32,000 nucleotides of DNA from Nostoc punctiforme PCC 73102 (GTDB taxonomy: Bacteria > Cyanobacteriota > Cyanobacteriia > Cyanobacteriales > Nostocaceae), in assembly GCF_000020025.1 (NCBI RefSeq), contig NC_010628.1, positions 6,180,001 through 6,212,000 on the forward strand. The letters run 5' to 3'. A program made the translations under genes and the position numbers. A model generated the notes under the pieces. It made no database searches. It had not been told where the DNA came from and saw nothing but the letters and a program-made list of their open reading frames with translations. Of this stretch, positions 31,340-32,000 are shown piece after piece. Every line of letters starts with the position of its first letter. Positions within the stretch are counted from its first letter, which is position 1.

Positions 31340-32000
31340 TCACTTAGTGCGATCGCTATTTCGTCTCAGATTCTTTTCTAGTAACGAAACGCTACCAATA
31401 CCTTGAAGAATACCACGACCGATTAAACCTAAACCACGACCAATTATTTGGGTAAGGATGAAGACTATACCACTACCTAAAAAAGATAATAATGATTTTA
31501 AACGCGGTGCGATCGCATCACTAAATTCTAAAAGTAAAGTTACTATTAAAGGAATATTAGAAAGTCTTGCTAACTCCTGATTTCGAGGAGCATAAACTGA
31601 AGTTTTGGCAATACCACGAGGAGCAATAACAAATAGATCGTAGCGACTTTCAAAAACTGCTTTCGGCTCCTCTATATAATTAATTAGACGATACTTCCAC
31701 GATAAATCATTTCTAAAACGTTCAATTTCTCTAGTGGAAATAAATTGTCTGCCATATAAGTTTTGCTTCATGATTTCCACATCTGCTAAAGAATTTAACA
31801 GTGGTTGCACAACTCCATTCGCTACCTGAATCAACAAGTTCTCTAAAATCATTAATGCTTGGGACTTTGCTTCAGTGCCTAATACAGGATATGACGTATT
31901 ATCAATTCTCAATTCTGTTTGAAAAATTAAATAAGAATATAACTCAAAAACTAGTGGAATCTTGTTGAGAATATCTCTTTGCACAACTTCTATATTTTGC
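31340..32000 (-). CDS. C-terminal part of a conserved cyanobacterial protein (from memory DUF3685-type C-terminal domain; unverified); 5' end lies beyond the window
   Basis: The frame stays open to the window edge (upstream of the GTG at 31984 it reads ..QNIEV). It has conserved-looking blocks (STREIERFRNDLSWKYRL, VFESRYDLFV) and a C-terminal hydrophobic / Gly-rich segment. Confidence 0.75.
   Translation of the reverse strand, partial: QNIEVVQRDILNKIPLVFELYSYLIFQTELRIDNTSYPVLGTEAKSQALMILENLLIQVANGVVQPLLNSLADVEIMKQNLYGRQFISTREIERFRNDLSWKYRLINYIEEPKAVFESRYDLFVIAPRGIAKTSVYAPRNQELARLSNIPLIVTLLLEFSDAIAPRLKSLLSFLGSGIVFILTQIIGRGLGLIGRGILQGIGSVSLLEKNLRRNSDRTK

Overview
This window looks like a core chromosomal region of a filamentous, Nostocales-type cyanobacterium. 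Evidence: a split rpoC2 with an acidic tail, many GCGATCGC (HIP1) palindromes, abundant 7-nt tandem repeats (STRR-type), and the photosynthetic micro-genes petG and psbY.

Gene content, in order:
- rpoC2 3' end, then a Uma2-type nuclease-fold gene and a secreted conserved hypothetical
- hisH, rsmD, petG (37 codons, not in the ORF track), and a membrane-anchored CytM-like cytochrome c
- a tightly coupled amidase / Crp-Fnr regulator pair
- an AT-rich orphan gene (coiled coil, one TM helix, tandem repeats)
- map, a cupredoxin, and a 970-aa fused M16 peptidase
- a VOC protein, a Zn-ribbon conserved hypothetical, and a gamma-carbonic-anhydrase-like protein
- psbY (41 codons, not in the ORF track), folC, and a sugar-type ABC substrate-binding lipoprotein
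- the type IV pilus operon pilMNOQ
- HU, cobD, a degenerate flavoprotein disulfide-reductase homologue, a phytol-kinase-like membrane protein, and the 3' part of a DUF3685-like gene

I see no defence island, prophage, CRISPR array, transposase or obvious new multi-gene system, and most genes are housekeeping. The unexplained structure is in the repeat architecture:
1. Heptamer or small-dispersed-repeat blocks sit in frame inside the M16 peptidase and cobD.
2. psbY is bracketed by inverted repeats of about 150 bp.
3. The same composite intercistronic module occurs in mirrored orientation around a convergent gene pair.
4. Those two genes are separated by a 13.5-copy 21-bp tandem array.
5. Several start codons are embedded in ATGA-containing heptamer arrays.

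All family assignments come from reading the translations and from memory. No database search was run.
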